Assembly (NCBI GenBank): GCA_949372655.1
Contig: CASIAI010000003.1
Location: 44,009 to 108,008 of the forward strand
Direction of reading: 5' to 3'
DNA from: Candidatus Poseidoniaceae archaeon
GTDB taxonomy: Archaea; Thermoplasmatota; Poseidoniia; Poseidoniales; Poseidoniaceae
DNA: 64,000 bases
Shown here: positions 38,201-47,311 of the stretch, one piece after another
How the letters are laid out: each line of letters begins with the position of its first letter
Position numbering within the stretch: the stretch's first letter is position 1
Translations under genes and position numbers: made by a program
Notes under the pieces: generated by a model
Seen by the model: only the letters and a program-made list of their open reading frames with translations
Database searches by the model: none
What the model was told of the DNA's origin: nothing

Positions 38201-38912
38201 ATAGTCCCCAACCATAATCTCCGACCATTGTAATGAAACTTATTCCGTTAGTATCTGGCATGTTAATCATTGCTTCAATTTCTAAATGACCTTCCCAATC
38301 GGGTAATTCTTCCTCGCTGATAATGAAATCATCAATGCCGTCAAACCTCAATGCATAGTCTGCACCAGGTCCAATTTCTACCACTCCATATACTGGGAAA
38401 TATTGTGGGTCATTCTCTAGGTCATTCCAACTTCCAGGCATGATATTTCCCATGTTAGTGCTTGCAATATGAACATAATCTTCATCCCCTCCTGAAGAAG
38501 GCTGGTCTTGACCCCAATTTCTGTAATAGAATGGAGTTCCATCATGCCACTTGTAAAAACCTTCTTCATCATAGTCAGATAATCCTGTCCAAAGGTGGCG
38601 GGATTGTTCATCGAAATCAGCGAATGTATCGAATATCCAGTTATTTTCCTCTATATCATCAATAGTGGTTAAAAATCCATCCAGACCTCTTGCAGCAGAT
38701 GCAGAATCTTCCCAAGAAGCTGCACTAAGTAGATGATAAGTATTATTATTTTCAGGATTTATAGCAGTATGTAATATTATTATCTCATCGCTTTCTTCAG
38801 CGCTGACATTTGAAGATAAAGGAGTTAACAAAGATATCAGAAATAGTCCAATAATCAAACACGCCTTGCTGCGATAACTATAGTTCATCAGTATGTCGTA
38901 CTGGTAATCCAA
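35202..38912 (-). CDS. Giant type-I membrane surface protein: signal peptide, C-type lectin-like domain, ConA/LamG-like domain, multiple beta-sandwich modules, EF-hand/dockerin-like and thrombospondin-type-3-like Ca-binding repeats, TM helix and a Q-rich cytoplasmic tail
   Basis: N-terminal hydrophobic signal. WTGLSDYDEEGFYKWHDGTPFYYRNWGQDQP...WNDLEND is C-type-lectin-like. LRFDGIDDFII is LamG-like. DTDSNGIIDGNEF and DLNSDGEIEFNEL are Ca-binding loops. DGDGDGVPDSEDEFPNNPDESKDTDGDGVGDNAD is TSP3-like. The TM VIYSVGAVVFIGLLGLLFVF sits about 150 aa before the C-terminus. Confidence 0.6.
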   Translation of the reverse strand: MDYQYDILMNYSYRSKACLIIGLFLISLLTPLSSNVSAEESDEIIILHTAINPENNNTYHLLSAASWEDSASAARGLDGFLTTIDDIEENNWIFDTFADFDEQSRHLWTGLSDYDEEGFYKWHDGTPFYYRNWGQDQPSSGGDEDYVHIASTNMGNIMPGSWNDLENDPQYFPVYGVVEIGPGADYALRFDGIDDFIISEEELPDWEGHLEIEAMINMPDTNGISFITMVGDYGWGLYINNGYVVYSNEYSMSKNPVSNISITENNWTNVKVVVEENSYGEFFIDGIPAGTFDADNATIPVGDFGSNSCFQDGLECDELYIGRMGAGCDCNYFMGMLDDVVFRNAANESNWQFQEGEGSVTVDYSSRIATINGASWVMPDGSIVTQAIQLFNGEEVTGISGMTGDQLVFFAEVDEMTKVAYLNVFSEFEDFWFDQNPSQYEIYVGHEYIPNSWTYDAKLETDWGFIFEEWQWPDTGTWWFVVVPLAEVTSLTIFLDWEVADPPPPLEDMTELFNSIPVTDQKITGGRQKPLEEKILYYYVDVKENLSSLTVKTYGGTGNIDLGISWGTVPDPFDNFGFFPGIFEDEGSTEQSEMVEKVAWDGGQGNEQVVTLYDVQPGIYYVAAYTYQNAIDFTIVSQLTYQPENIEPEDAIELLPGIEYGPLSGYDGLMQFFKIDVPTGTERLEVDLSKGFGEASMFMKIEQAPTSSDFTHLSSSPGAGDKIGFNDPTPGMWYILLETEQVFGSVMITASFEDRYVWSYDGTPIEMFNGEEIIGIEAPEGENLFFFLNLEKPGEYLEISTYGGNGELSLNVEGKRILFGFDGFFDFELDQDDMGRQRPSVPDTSSEDFEIKSSGEGTSQSVYIDLPANGRIDIVLDALTDISDVTIVANWVYSDFLEPIDNEPIEEPSVEESCRDVANIIMKETDTDSNGIIDGNEFNNSDLEIDNYEFVSVDLNSDGEIEFNELLQETCSCGNELWIVFDQLSSGNGPVSIELLSSQIYENNYNFLGMDTNSDQRISQTEVEVTALICDTEFDAFDGDGDGVPDSEDEFPNNPDESKDTDGDGVGDNADIAPSVANDVIYSVGAVVFIGLLGLLFVFARGNRSNLKSNEWENDKNFDFSETMLGMQEPELPQPVSQDIESNNPIYQSTTSTMEQAPVSVIQPQSQEISMPEMVNQQQVQMTSFEDLLNAEINIDAPPKQIMGMIGMDGNESIEYPINSGVKWTRSNPTDEWTKY

Positions 38913-38941
38913 TTTGAACGTATTGGATAAATGATTTTACA

Positions 38942-41900
38942 TTATTTAGTAAGTTTCTTACCACCAATACGTAAATCAGTTTCTAAAGGCATTTGATGTT
39001 CCCATGCAAATTCTTTAACAATCCTCCATCCCTTTTCTGAACCTTCATAATCCTTAACTTCTATTCTCTTATTACGAGTATTTGCCTTGAAAGCAGCCAC
39101 TGGCTCTGCATTCTTGAAAACTAAATAAGCCGAGCCAAACCCAAACTTCTCCTTCATTAAATCAGCAAAATATGGTGATATAGGGTCGCTTGGTGGAAGA
39201 ACGAAATCTCTTATTGCTGTAATATTTTTAGCTTCCTCAAGTAACTCCTTTCTACCCCAACATACTTCATGAAGGTCTTCTATCAAGAATCCTTTAATCA
39301 GAGTTCCATCCTGTTCAAAACTATTTAGAACAGATTTTAATTCTTCAGGATTAAATGGTGTTCCTGCAAGCCTCATCAATTGTTTTAATGTGATGACTGG
39401 ATAACTTTCTACCATCTTACGAAGATATTCTTTCCTTAATTCGACAGGGTCTAAACTACTTTTCAGAGTCACAGTTCTAAATCCTCCACGGAAATCCTGA
39501 ACAATGTGTCCAGTCCGGATCAGTGGTTGAATTAATTTTCTAAACTCAGATTGAGATAATGCATGTCGTTCTTTGAACACATTTGGATCGGAGTTATTAC
39601 TAAAGAATTCTACAATATCCCACAAATCCGGGTCATATTCTTCTCCTCTGATGATAAGTAAGTCTTGGAAGTGTTCATATGTTGCCCAAACTTGGTGACC
39701 TCTGAGATTTATTCCTTGATGTAATCTATTCGCACTAGCCATACTTTTCAAGTCAGCACGATACACTTCACATCTTCCACGAAGTGCAAAGTCATCTCTA
39801 ACTTCAGGAGTTTTCTTCATTGCTAAAATTTCATTCTCTAATCTTGTATTCTGATGTAAATTATGTCGATGGAAAAGAGCTCTTTCAGCAATCTCTCGTG
39901 GTTGAGGGTCGACAATTCCTCCTCGAATCATTCTCTCTCCAGTAAGTTTGAATCCTATAGATTCAAGGCATTTCTTAGTCACCTCATCGATATTTGATAC
40001 AGGTTCACTATTGAAATTACTGAGGATTGCAACATCAACAAGTTGGTCGGAGTGATTGTCTAGCAGTATGGAAAATGCTTGACAGAATTCTTCAATATAC
40101 GCATTTGGTATATGTAGGTCTTTTATTTCCAAATAATCATTTACTTTGAACATTAATATTTTACCGATTGGGTCTACGCCCTTGAATACAGGTAGATACC
40201 AACCCCTGTCGAGTATGCTTCGAACTTCCCAGATGAATCGTGATACATATGGGTCTGATTGTGTCATTATTCGTAATTTCCTATCTTCACGCCTTGGACG
40301 TTGTAATAACTCTACTTCATCCGGCATACAATAGAATGCTTCTGGGTCTGGTACCAATGAAATTACTTTAGAAATTTTACTGGACTTTTCTAAATTCATT
40401 AGTGCTACGGTTAGGTCTTCAAAAGAACGAGTGATGTAGAACCTTAGTGTATTAGCTTTGATTGGACCTAACCTCTTGATGACATCAACAAGGGATGATT
40501 CAAAGTCCATTGGCTGATAAACTCCATGAACTCTATGGAATAGCGAAAGTCGTCTTCTCCTGCCAACTACATCTTCAAATTGTTTTACTACAAGCATCTG
40601 TCTTTCGAGATTATCCAAAGCCCTCTTTAGGTCACGTTGTAGAGATTTATGTTCTTCACCCTTAGGGAAATCTTGCATTATTTCTTGTCTAGTCACATTG
40701 ATCCCTATAGGAATCCTCGCCAAGATTTCTTCTTCCATTGGACCGACCCATGGTTCTGGCTTCAAACCAAGTAGCATTGGAATATTCTTCTTAGTTGTAT
40801 ATCCAATACGGTTGTGAAGTAATCTTCCCATTATTACATCTGAATCAAGTTGCAGGTCTTTCCAATCTTTAAATCTAAATTCTTCAACACGATACAATAG
40901 TTCTTGCTGTTTCTGGAAAATCACGTGAGAGTCGAAGGCTGAAAAACCATCATCATATTGTGCGAATGATTTCTGGAAAACCATATTTTGTACCCAACGG
41001 TATTCAACAACTTCCTCATCCCCATCGGTAAGTCTGTGTTCATCGACTTTCAAAATATACTCTGCATCATCAGTCTGTCTAAAGAAACCGACTGACACTA
41101 CATTTCTTGATTCCAACTCATGTAAAATACGTTCTACTAATTCTTTAGAAAATGGTAGCCTTTGTTCCATTTCATCAGATGTTTTAGGCCCTTCACTACC
41201 CAGCATTTCAATAATTTTAACGCGCATTGCCTCATGCGGATCTCCAATTTGAACCTGTTCCCATTTGGTTGGTGTAGTACCTTTATGCTCTGACGAAATA
41301 TCAAATGTCAAACCTTGAATATTCAATTCACGTAAGTCTTTAACATCCTTACCACCATTAACCGATAAACTCCCTAAAGTACCGTGGATTTCTGCCATGT
41401 AAGGAGTGAACCATTTGCCATCGAGATCTTTTGAGCCGCAATTGTTAATTTTAACGATTTCACCATCTTGGCATAATTCTTCGACCCAACCTCGTAACAC
41501 ATCAAATTCTATATTTTGTAATTTCTCTTTGTAAAGCGGATTGTTGAAAGACTTTTCTAAACCACCACCATGAGACATTAATTTTAGTAATCCGGAAGAA
41601 GTTTTTGGAATAGGTGCTTTATTTAGATAATATTCATTTAATTCTTCACTAGAAAGTTCTGTTGCTAGACTTCGTGTCCCAAGTAATCGTTGTAATACGG
41701 TTGGGTCTATGTCCTTGACAAGGAATGCACGAGTCTTCATCGACATTAAATCTTCAAAGGCAGACATGAACAAAGACATTCCTAATCTAGATGGAATCGT
41801 CATCTTTTGATGAACAATTCTTGCTTGGCCTTCAATACAAGAATTGAGGAACTGATTCAAACTAGTAATATCAATATCAGCAAACATAATTTCATTTTTC

Positions 41901-44227
41901 GCCTCACGCATGAGCAGGCTATCATCAATGGTTCTGTGTTTATTTAGTAGGGCATCTGCTTTTTGTTGGAATTGTTGAGGACTAATCTCTTCAGCACCAA
42001 TTCTTTTTGGAATAATCAAGGAACGCCCTGCAACTTCCTTAAATCTCTTAGCAAAAATCTGAGTACTAATTATGTATCTCTCTATGATTTCAATGTGGTC
42101 ATTGGTTCTAAATGAGTCATACATTTCTCTCGGTTCAATTTCTTTAGATGTACGCATTAGAAGTCCATTTTCATCAAACGACATTTCTATTACGCTAATA
42201 TTCTTACTTTCTGCAAGTCCAGCCAAGAAGTAACCTAGAGCCGTATTGAAACCTCTACCTCTACATGTAGTAATCATGTATGTAGGGTGCCCTCCACTAA
42301 TTATCTGCTCAACCATTATTCTTGATGGGTCAGGAACTTGGAAAGATTCGATTGAATGTTCTTCAAGGTGTCTTGCAATCGCATTAGAAACTGGTTTGGA
42401 AAGACCATATGCATCGCGTAAAATTATTCTCGGGTCAACTTCCTTGCGGAGAGAAATAATACAATGTCCAATTAAATCGAGTAGGGCATTAGATAATTCT
42501 CGGGAACGAGAACGGGCTTCTCCAGACCAGGAGGGAACTGTAGGTCGATAGCCAGTCACAGCAGTAACGTTGACTCGAGTTCCCTGAATATTTGTAACCC
42601 TATATGTCGAGCCACCAAGTAATATTACATCTCCGCTTCTAAGTTTCGATACAAAGGAGCCTGAGAGTTGTCCAAGAATTGACCCTTCAGCATTGAATAC
42701 GAGGTAAGAATTATCAGGAGCGATTGTTCCTATGTTGGTGTAGTAAATCATTCTCGAATATCCTCTCTTACCATAAATATTCTCTTCCCAATCAACCCAA
42801 ACACGCCTCTCTTCTTCTAACATATCAAGAACTTCAATAAAATCATCATACTCAAAGTTTCTATATGACCAAGCATTAACGATTACCTCAAATGCTTCAT
42901 CAATATCCATTTCATTGATTATTACTAACCCTATCATAAATTGGGCTACTACATCAAGACAATTCTCAGGGAAATCTAGTTTATCCATGTCACCTTTTTG
43001 TATGGCTGATTGAAGGGCTGCTAGTTCAATCAAGTCATCGACACTTGTTGGAAGGAATCTTGCTCTTGGGATTCCTCCTACATGGTGACCGGCACGTCCT
43101 ATTCTTTGCAGAGCGGTTGCTATATCACCTGGACTTCCGACTTGAAGTACTAAATCAACAGAACCAATATCTATTCCCATTTCTAGTGAAGATGATGTTA
43201 CAACAGCCCTTAAATGTCCATGTTTCAACTTCTTTTCAACATTCAATCTGATTTTTTTATCCATCGAACCGTGGTGGCCAGCCACTAAGTCTCCTAAATA
43301 TGGACGCAGTCTCTGAACAATAGTTTCAGTCATTTTTCTTGTATTGGCGAAAACTAATGTGGTAGTGTGCGCTGAAATCAAATCAGCTATAGCCTCGATA
43401 TTTGCATCGAGAATTTTCATCACAGCAAGGTCACTAAACTTTTTATGAGTAATTAAGATATCAAGATCTAATTCACGTGAACCTGAAACCTTCGCAATAC
43501 TCACGCTACTAGCACTATTTCGACTTTCTTGGTCATCACTAGCAACTAAGTATTCAGCAACTTTTTCAAGAGGCTCCATGGTTGCAGAGATACCTATTCT
43601 TTGCACAGGTGTCTTTAGGAGTGTATCCAAGTAGGATAATGTTAAGGCAAGATGAACTCCTCTTTTGGTTGGTACTAGAGAGTGTAATTCGTCCACAATC
43701 ATATATTCTAATTCGCTAACTATTGGTTGGAATCGTGGTGAGGTAATTGCTATTGCTAAACTTTCTGGAGTCGTAATTAGAATATGAGGTGGGTTTCTTA
43801 GCATTTTTTGCCTATCTGATTGGCTAGTATCTCCAGTTCTTAGTCCAACTTTAATCTCCTGTGCTCGATCCGGTAAATATGATTCCGAGATTTCTTTTAG
43901 TGGACCAATCAAATTTCTTTGAATATCATTTGCCAAAGCCTTGATTGGTGAAATATATACACAATGTACTTTTTTCTCTAATTTATTATCCAATGCTAGC
44001 CTCACTAATTTATCGATAATAGTAAGAAAAGCAGTCAGAGTCTTTCCAGAACCTGTAGGGGAACATAATAACAGGTTTTTTCTGTCTAATATAGCAGGAA
44101 TTGCTAATTTTTGGGGTCGTGTGAAGTCTGAGAAAGAATCCTTGAACCAGTTCCTAACTGGAGGGCATAGAATATCCAATAACTCCTCTGTGGAGTGTGG
44201 AGTTTCTAAGTATTCTATTTCAACCAT
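38942..44227 (-). CDS. lhr: Lhr-family superfamily-2 ATP-dependent helicase, full length with a large C-terminal domain (1761 aa)
   Basis: Q motif FTRPQKLAIP, motif I SPTGSGKTLTAFL, the Lhr-typical ISPIKALANDIQRNLIGPL, motif II VDELHSL, and motif VI QRIGRAGH. It continues for more than 850 aa after the helicase/WH core. Confidence 0.7.
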   Translation of the reverse strand: MVEIEYLETPHSTEELLDILCPPVRNWFKDSFSDFTRPQKLAIPAILDRKNLLLCSPTGSGKTLTAFLTIIDKLVRLALDNKLEKKVHCVYISPIKALANDIQRNLIGPLKEISESYLPDRAQEIKVGLRTGDTSQSDRQKMLRNPPHILITTPESLAIAITSPRFQPIVSELEYMIVDELHSLVPTKRGVHLALTLSYLDTLLKTPVQRIGISATMEPLEKVAEYLVASDDQESRNSASSVSIAKVSGSRELDLDILITHKKFSDLAVMKILDANIEAIADLISAHTTTLVFANTRKMTETIVQRLRPYLGDLVAGHHGSMDKKIRLNVEKKLKHGHLRAVVTSSSLEMGIDIGSVDLVLQVGSPGDIATALQRIGRAGHHVGGIPRARFLPTSVDDLIELAALQSAIQKGDMDKLDFPENCLDVVAQFMIGLVIINEMDIDEAFEVIVNAWSYRNFEYDDFIEVLDMLEEERRVWVDWEENIYGKRGYSRMIYYTNIGTIAPDNSYLVFNAEGSILGQLSGSFVSKLRSGDVILLGGSTYRVTNIQGTRVNVTAVTGYRPTVPSWSGEARSRSRELSNALLDLIGHCIISLRKEVDPRIILRDAYGLSKPVSNAIARHLEEHSIESFQVPDPSRIMVEQIISGGHPTYMITTCRGRGFNTALGYFLAGLAESKNISVIEMSFDENGLLMRTSKEIEPREMYDSFRTNDHIEIIERYIISTQIFAKRFKEVAGRSLIIPKRIGAEEISPQQFQQKADALLNKHRTIDDSLLMREAKNEIMFADIDITSLNQFLNSCIEGQARIVHQKMTIPSRLGMSLFMSAFEDLMSMKTRAFLVKDIDPTVLQRLLGTRSLATELSSEELNEYYLNKAPIPKTSSGLLKLMSHGGGLEKSFNNPLYKEKLQNIEFDVLRGWVEELCQDGEIVKINNCGSKDLDGKWFTPYMAEIHGTLGSLSVNGGKDVKDLRELNIQGLTFDISSEHKGTTPTKWEQVQIGDPHEAMRVKIIEMLGSEGPKTSDEMEQRLPFSKELVERILHELESRNVVSVGFFRQTDDAEYILKVDEHRLTDGDEEVVEYRWVQNMVFQKSFAQYDDGFSAFDSHVIFQKQQELLYRVEEFRFKDWKDLQLDSDVIMGRLLHNRIGYTTKKNIPMLLGLKPEPWVGPMEEEILARIPIGINVTRQEIMQDFPKGEEHKSLQRDLKRALDNLERQMLVVKQFEDVVGRRRRLSLFHRVHGVYQPMDFESSLVDVIKRLGPIKANTLRFYITRSFEDLTVALMNLEKSSKISKVISLVPDPEAFYCMPDEVELLQRPRREDRKLRIMTQSDPYVSRFIWEVRSILDRGWYLPVFKGVDPIGKILMFKVNDYLEIKDLHIPNAYIEEFCQAFSILLDNHSDQLVDVAILSNFNSEPVSNIDEVTKKCLESIGFKLTGERMIRGGIVDPQPREIAERALFHRHNLHQNTRLENEILAMKKTPEVRDDFALRGRCEVYRADLKSMASANRLHQGINLRGHQVWATYEHFQDLLIIRGEEYDPDLWDIVEFFSNNSDPNVFKERHALSQSEFRKLIQPLIRTGHIVQDFRGGFRTVTLKSSLDPVELRKEYLRKMVESYPVITLKQLMRLAGTPFNPEELKSVLNSFEQDGTLIKGFLIEDLHEVCWGRKELLEEAKNITAIRDFVLPPSDPISPYFADLMKEKFGFGSAYLVFKNAEPVAAFKANTRNKRIEVKDYEGSEKGWRIVKEFAWEHQMPLETDLRIGGKKLTK

Positions 44228-44346
44228 TTTTTTCTCACTGTCCCAATGGTGCTAATCGTGAGTGCCGAGTACTTGAAAACTTCGCCTTTAACAGCACCCA
44301 ATAATTCGATATATTACCACATAAATAATTATGAACACATCGGTTT

Positions 44347-45492
44347 CTAAATAATCCAAAACATTCTTCGGCAAGTGACTGCTCTCCAAATAATTACTTT
44401 TGTTAGACGATTAAAGAAAATATTTAGAACCCAATCTGGTAATCTAAACATAATACTACCAATTTTGAACGATCTTTTGGAATTTAGCATTACTCGTCCC
44501 ATTTGTTTTTTCCATATTTTTTCATATTCCTTTAGTTCAAGATTGTTTTTTATATGTTCTACGATTACTTGGCCTGCAATTCGACCTCCAATCATTGCTA
44601 TGGTTATTCCTGCCCCATTAGAAGGCAATACCATGCCAGCTGAGTCTCCAACCAGTACATAATTACCTTTTACAAATCTCTTAATTGTTCCGGACATTGG
44701 AAGAGAGCCTGCACCATTGAATGTTGAATCACCATCATATTTGTCTATGAAATCTGCTGCGAATAAATTTAGAGATTTACCTTTTGTGAAATTCTTTTGA
44801 ACACCTATACCGATATTTGCACCAGAGGATTTTGGAAACATCCAAGCATAACCACCTGGTGCCATCGAACCAAAATGGAGTTCTACAGCATCACCATAGT
44901 CACCTTCCTTTAGTGCGAACTTAACCGGTATATTGGTCGACTTTTCTTTCCAAAAAGTTCTCCTTACTGGGTCGTTATGACCTCCTGCCCCAACTATGAC
45001 TTTACCAGTAATGTCATTTCCGTTACGAATGGACACAGTATTTCCTTCTATTTTATTAACAAAACAACCAACTTTGAATTCAGCACCGGCCTGTTTCGCT
45101 AAATCGACCAATGCTTCATCATGTGCAACTCGATTTAATACTAAACCTTCGAAGCCAAATTCGAGCGATTTACCGGAAGGGGTAATTATTTTCATTACTT
45201 CTGTGCGCTTTGAAATTGCACTCTCCGGTGTTTTGAACAAATCATCCATGTCAGGAACGTCAGGGCATAATCTACGCATTTCGTCATTAGTTGGTACAAG
45301 TTCGCCGCACTGCAAAGGGGAACCTATTGATTCTCTAGAATCAATTACAACTACCTTTACGCCTGCTTGAGCCACATAACGAGCGACAGTACTCCCTGCG
45401 GGCCCTCCGCCGATGATTACAACATCATAATCAGATTGACCCGACATTTTAGACCCCGATACTATTGCCATATCTGAGTTATTATTAACCAT
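44347..45492 (-). CDS. FAD-dependent geranylgeranyl reductase family (digeranylgeranylglycerophospholipid reductase-like)
   Basis: YDVVIIGGGPAGSTVARY Rossmann motif, GDSAGMV motif and a length of about 380 aa, as in archaeal GGR. Confidence 0.6.
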   Translation of the reverse strand: MVNNNSDMAIVSGSKMSGQSDYDVVIIGGGPAGSTVARYVAQAGVKVVVIDSRESIGSPLQCGELVPTNDEMRRLCPDVPDMDDLFKTPESAISKRTEVMKIITPSGKSLEFGFEGLVLNRVAHDEALVDLAKQAGAEFKVGCFVNKIEGNTVSIRNGNDITGKVIVGAGGHNDPVRRTFWKEKSTNIPVKFALKEGDYGDAVELHFGSMAPGGYAWMFPKSSGANIGIGVQKNFTKGKSLNLFAADFIDKYDGDSTFNGAGSLPMSGTIKRFVKGNYVLVGDSAGMVLPSNGAGITIAMIGGRIAGQVIVEHIKNNLELKEYEKIWKKQMGRVMLNSKRSFKIGSIMFRLPDWVLNIFFNRLTKVIIWRAVTCRRMFWII

Positions 45493-45569
45493 GCGTATTA
45501 TGACATATCACTCAATAATGACGGTCAATTTCAAAGGCAAGGAACTACACGCCAATTTGAGGGGTACCT

Positions 45570-47243
45570 ATGTCCAGTGTTGAGAACAGTCGTTTAGAAC
45601 GATTATCAGGGATGTTAAAGCGCCGCGGGATTATTTTGCCTGCATTTGAAATTCATGGAGGCTCCAAAGGGTTGTATGATTTTGGTCCAGTCGGTGGTAG
45701 GATTAGAAATCGTGTTAATCAAAATTGGATTGACCATTGGACTTCTCTTGGCAATATAACTGAAATTTCATGCCCAACTGTGACTCCATATCAAGTTCTT
45801 GAGGCTAGTGGCCATGTTGGAGAATTTTCGGATTTCATGACTGATTGTAATGCATGTGGTGAAGCTAGTAGAGCAGATACGCTTCTCGAAGGTTTCCATT
45901 CAAATCCAGACGCTTTGTCAAAGGACGAACTTCAGCAATTACTTACTGAGTCCAAACCAAATTGCCCTGCTTGTGATTCTATTGATTGGAGTTCTATTTC
46001 TGCACAAAATTTGATGTTTAACACCACTATCGGAGCAGGTAAATCTGGTCGTGAAGGTTTTCTTAGACCTGAAACAGCCCAAGGAATGTTCACTTCTTTT
46101 CAATCACTTTATCGACATAATAGAGAGAGGTTACCTTTTGGAGCAATACAGGTTGGAAAAGGATACAGAAATGAGATCTCCCCGAGACAAGGAATGATTC
46201 GTCTTAGGGAATTTAATATGGCGGAACTTGAATATTTTATCGACCCAGAAGAAGAAATCGGTCATGATTTTTCTAAGTGGAGTCATATAGAGTTCAGTCT
46301 CATCGCAGATAGTGGTGAAGAAGTATCTAAGTCATTGTCAGAAGCAATCCAGTCCGGCTTAATACGCCATTCGACTGTTGGATACTTTATTGGAATGACT
46401 TATGATTTCTTGTTGAAAGTGGGTATCAATCCTGATAAGTTACGTTTTAGACAACATGAAACTGATGAGATGGCTCACTATGCTCTTGACTGTTGGGATG
46501 CTGAAATACTTGGTTCATATGGTTGGGTAGAATGTGTAGGTATTGCTCACAGAGGGTGTTATGACCTTCAAGCACATGAAGAAGCAACTGGTAAAACTTT
46601 GAGAGCAAGACGAGAATTCAAAGAACCGAAGACTATTGAGATTGATGGATGGACAATCGAAGGCTCTGTTGCTGGGCCCGCATTTCGTGCCTTAGCAGGA
46701 GCAGTGAAAAAGGCAATTGAGAATTTGCCAATTGAAACTAATTTCCCTTGTCAAATTACACTTGAATCCGGAGATAGTATAACGATTAATCCTGAACATG
46801 TCAAGAGGAATCAGCGTACAGAAGTGTTATCTGGTGAATGGTTTATTCCACATGTAGTTGAACCTGCATTTGGAATCGACCGGATTATTTGGCATATTCT
46901 AGACCATGCATATGATGAAATCGAAAAAGGTGATGAACTTTATACAGTTTTACGATTAAGCGAAAATATAGCATCGATTGATTACTGCGTTTTCCCGTTA
47001 TTTGAAAAAGATGGAATGGGGCAAATAGCTAGACAATTGAATGAAAAGATGTGTTCCAAAGCAGGAATCATTTCGTTATATGATTCGAGTGGTTCTATTG
47101 GCCGAAGATATGCTAGAGCCGATGAAATAGGAGTTCCTGTCTGTATTACAATCGACCACCAAACCTTAGAAGATAATACAGTAACTCTACGCTCACGGGA
47201 TTCCGGTGAACAAAAAAGAGTTAAACTTGAATCTCTATATTAG
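45570..47243 (+). CDS. glyS: Glycyl-tRNA synthetase (archaeal/eukaryotic alpha2 type)
   Basis: RRGIILPAFEIHGGSKGLYDFGPVG, class II motifs FRALAG... and ARADEIGVP. Confidence 0.8.
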   Translation: MSSVENSRLERLSGMLKRRGIILPAFEIHGGSKGLYDFGPVGGRIRNRVNQNWIDHWTSLGNITEISCPTVTPYQVLEASGHVGEFSDFMTDCNACGEASRADTLLEGFHSNPDALSKDELQQLLTESKPNCPACDSIDWSSISAQNLMFNTTIGAGKSGREGFLRPETAQGMFTSFQSLYRHNRERLPFGAIQVGKGYRNEISPRQGMIRLREFNMAELEYFIDPEEEIGHDFSKWSHIEFSLIADSGEEVSKSLSEAIQSGLIRHSTVGYFIGMTYDFLLKVGINPDKLRFRQHETDEMAHYALDCWDAEILGSYGWVECVGIAHRGCYDLQAHEEATGKTLRARREFKEPKTIEIDGWTIEGSVAGPAFRALAGAVKKAIENLPIETNFPCQITLESGDSITINPEHVKRNQRTEVLSGEWFIPHVVEPAFGIDRIIWHILDHAYDEIEKGDELYTVLRLSENIASIDYCVFPLFEKDGMGQIARQLNEKMCSKAGIISLYDSSGSIGRRYARADEIGVPVCITIDHQTLEDNTVTLRSRDSGEQKRVKLESLY

Positions 47244-47311
47244 TTTTATTTTCGCTATAATTTAGAGAAATCAAAGTTAATGTTCAAGAACCTTCGTACT
47301 CTGGTAATTAT

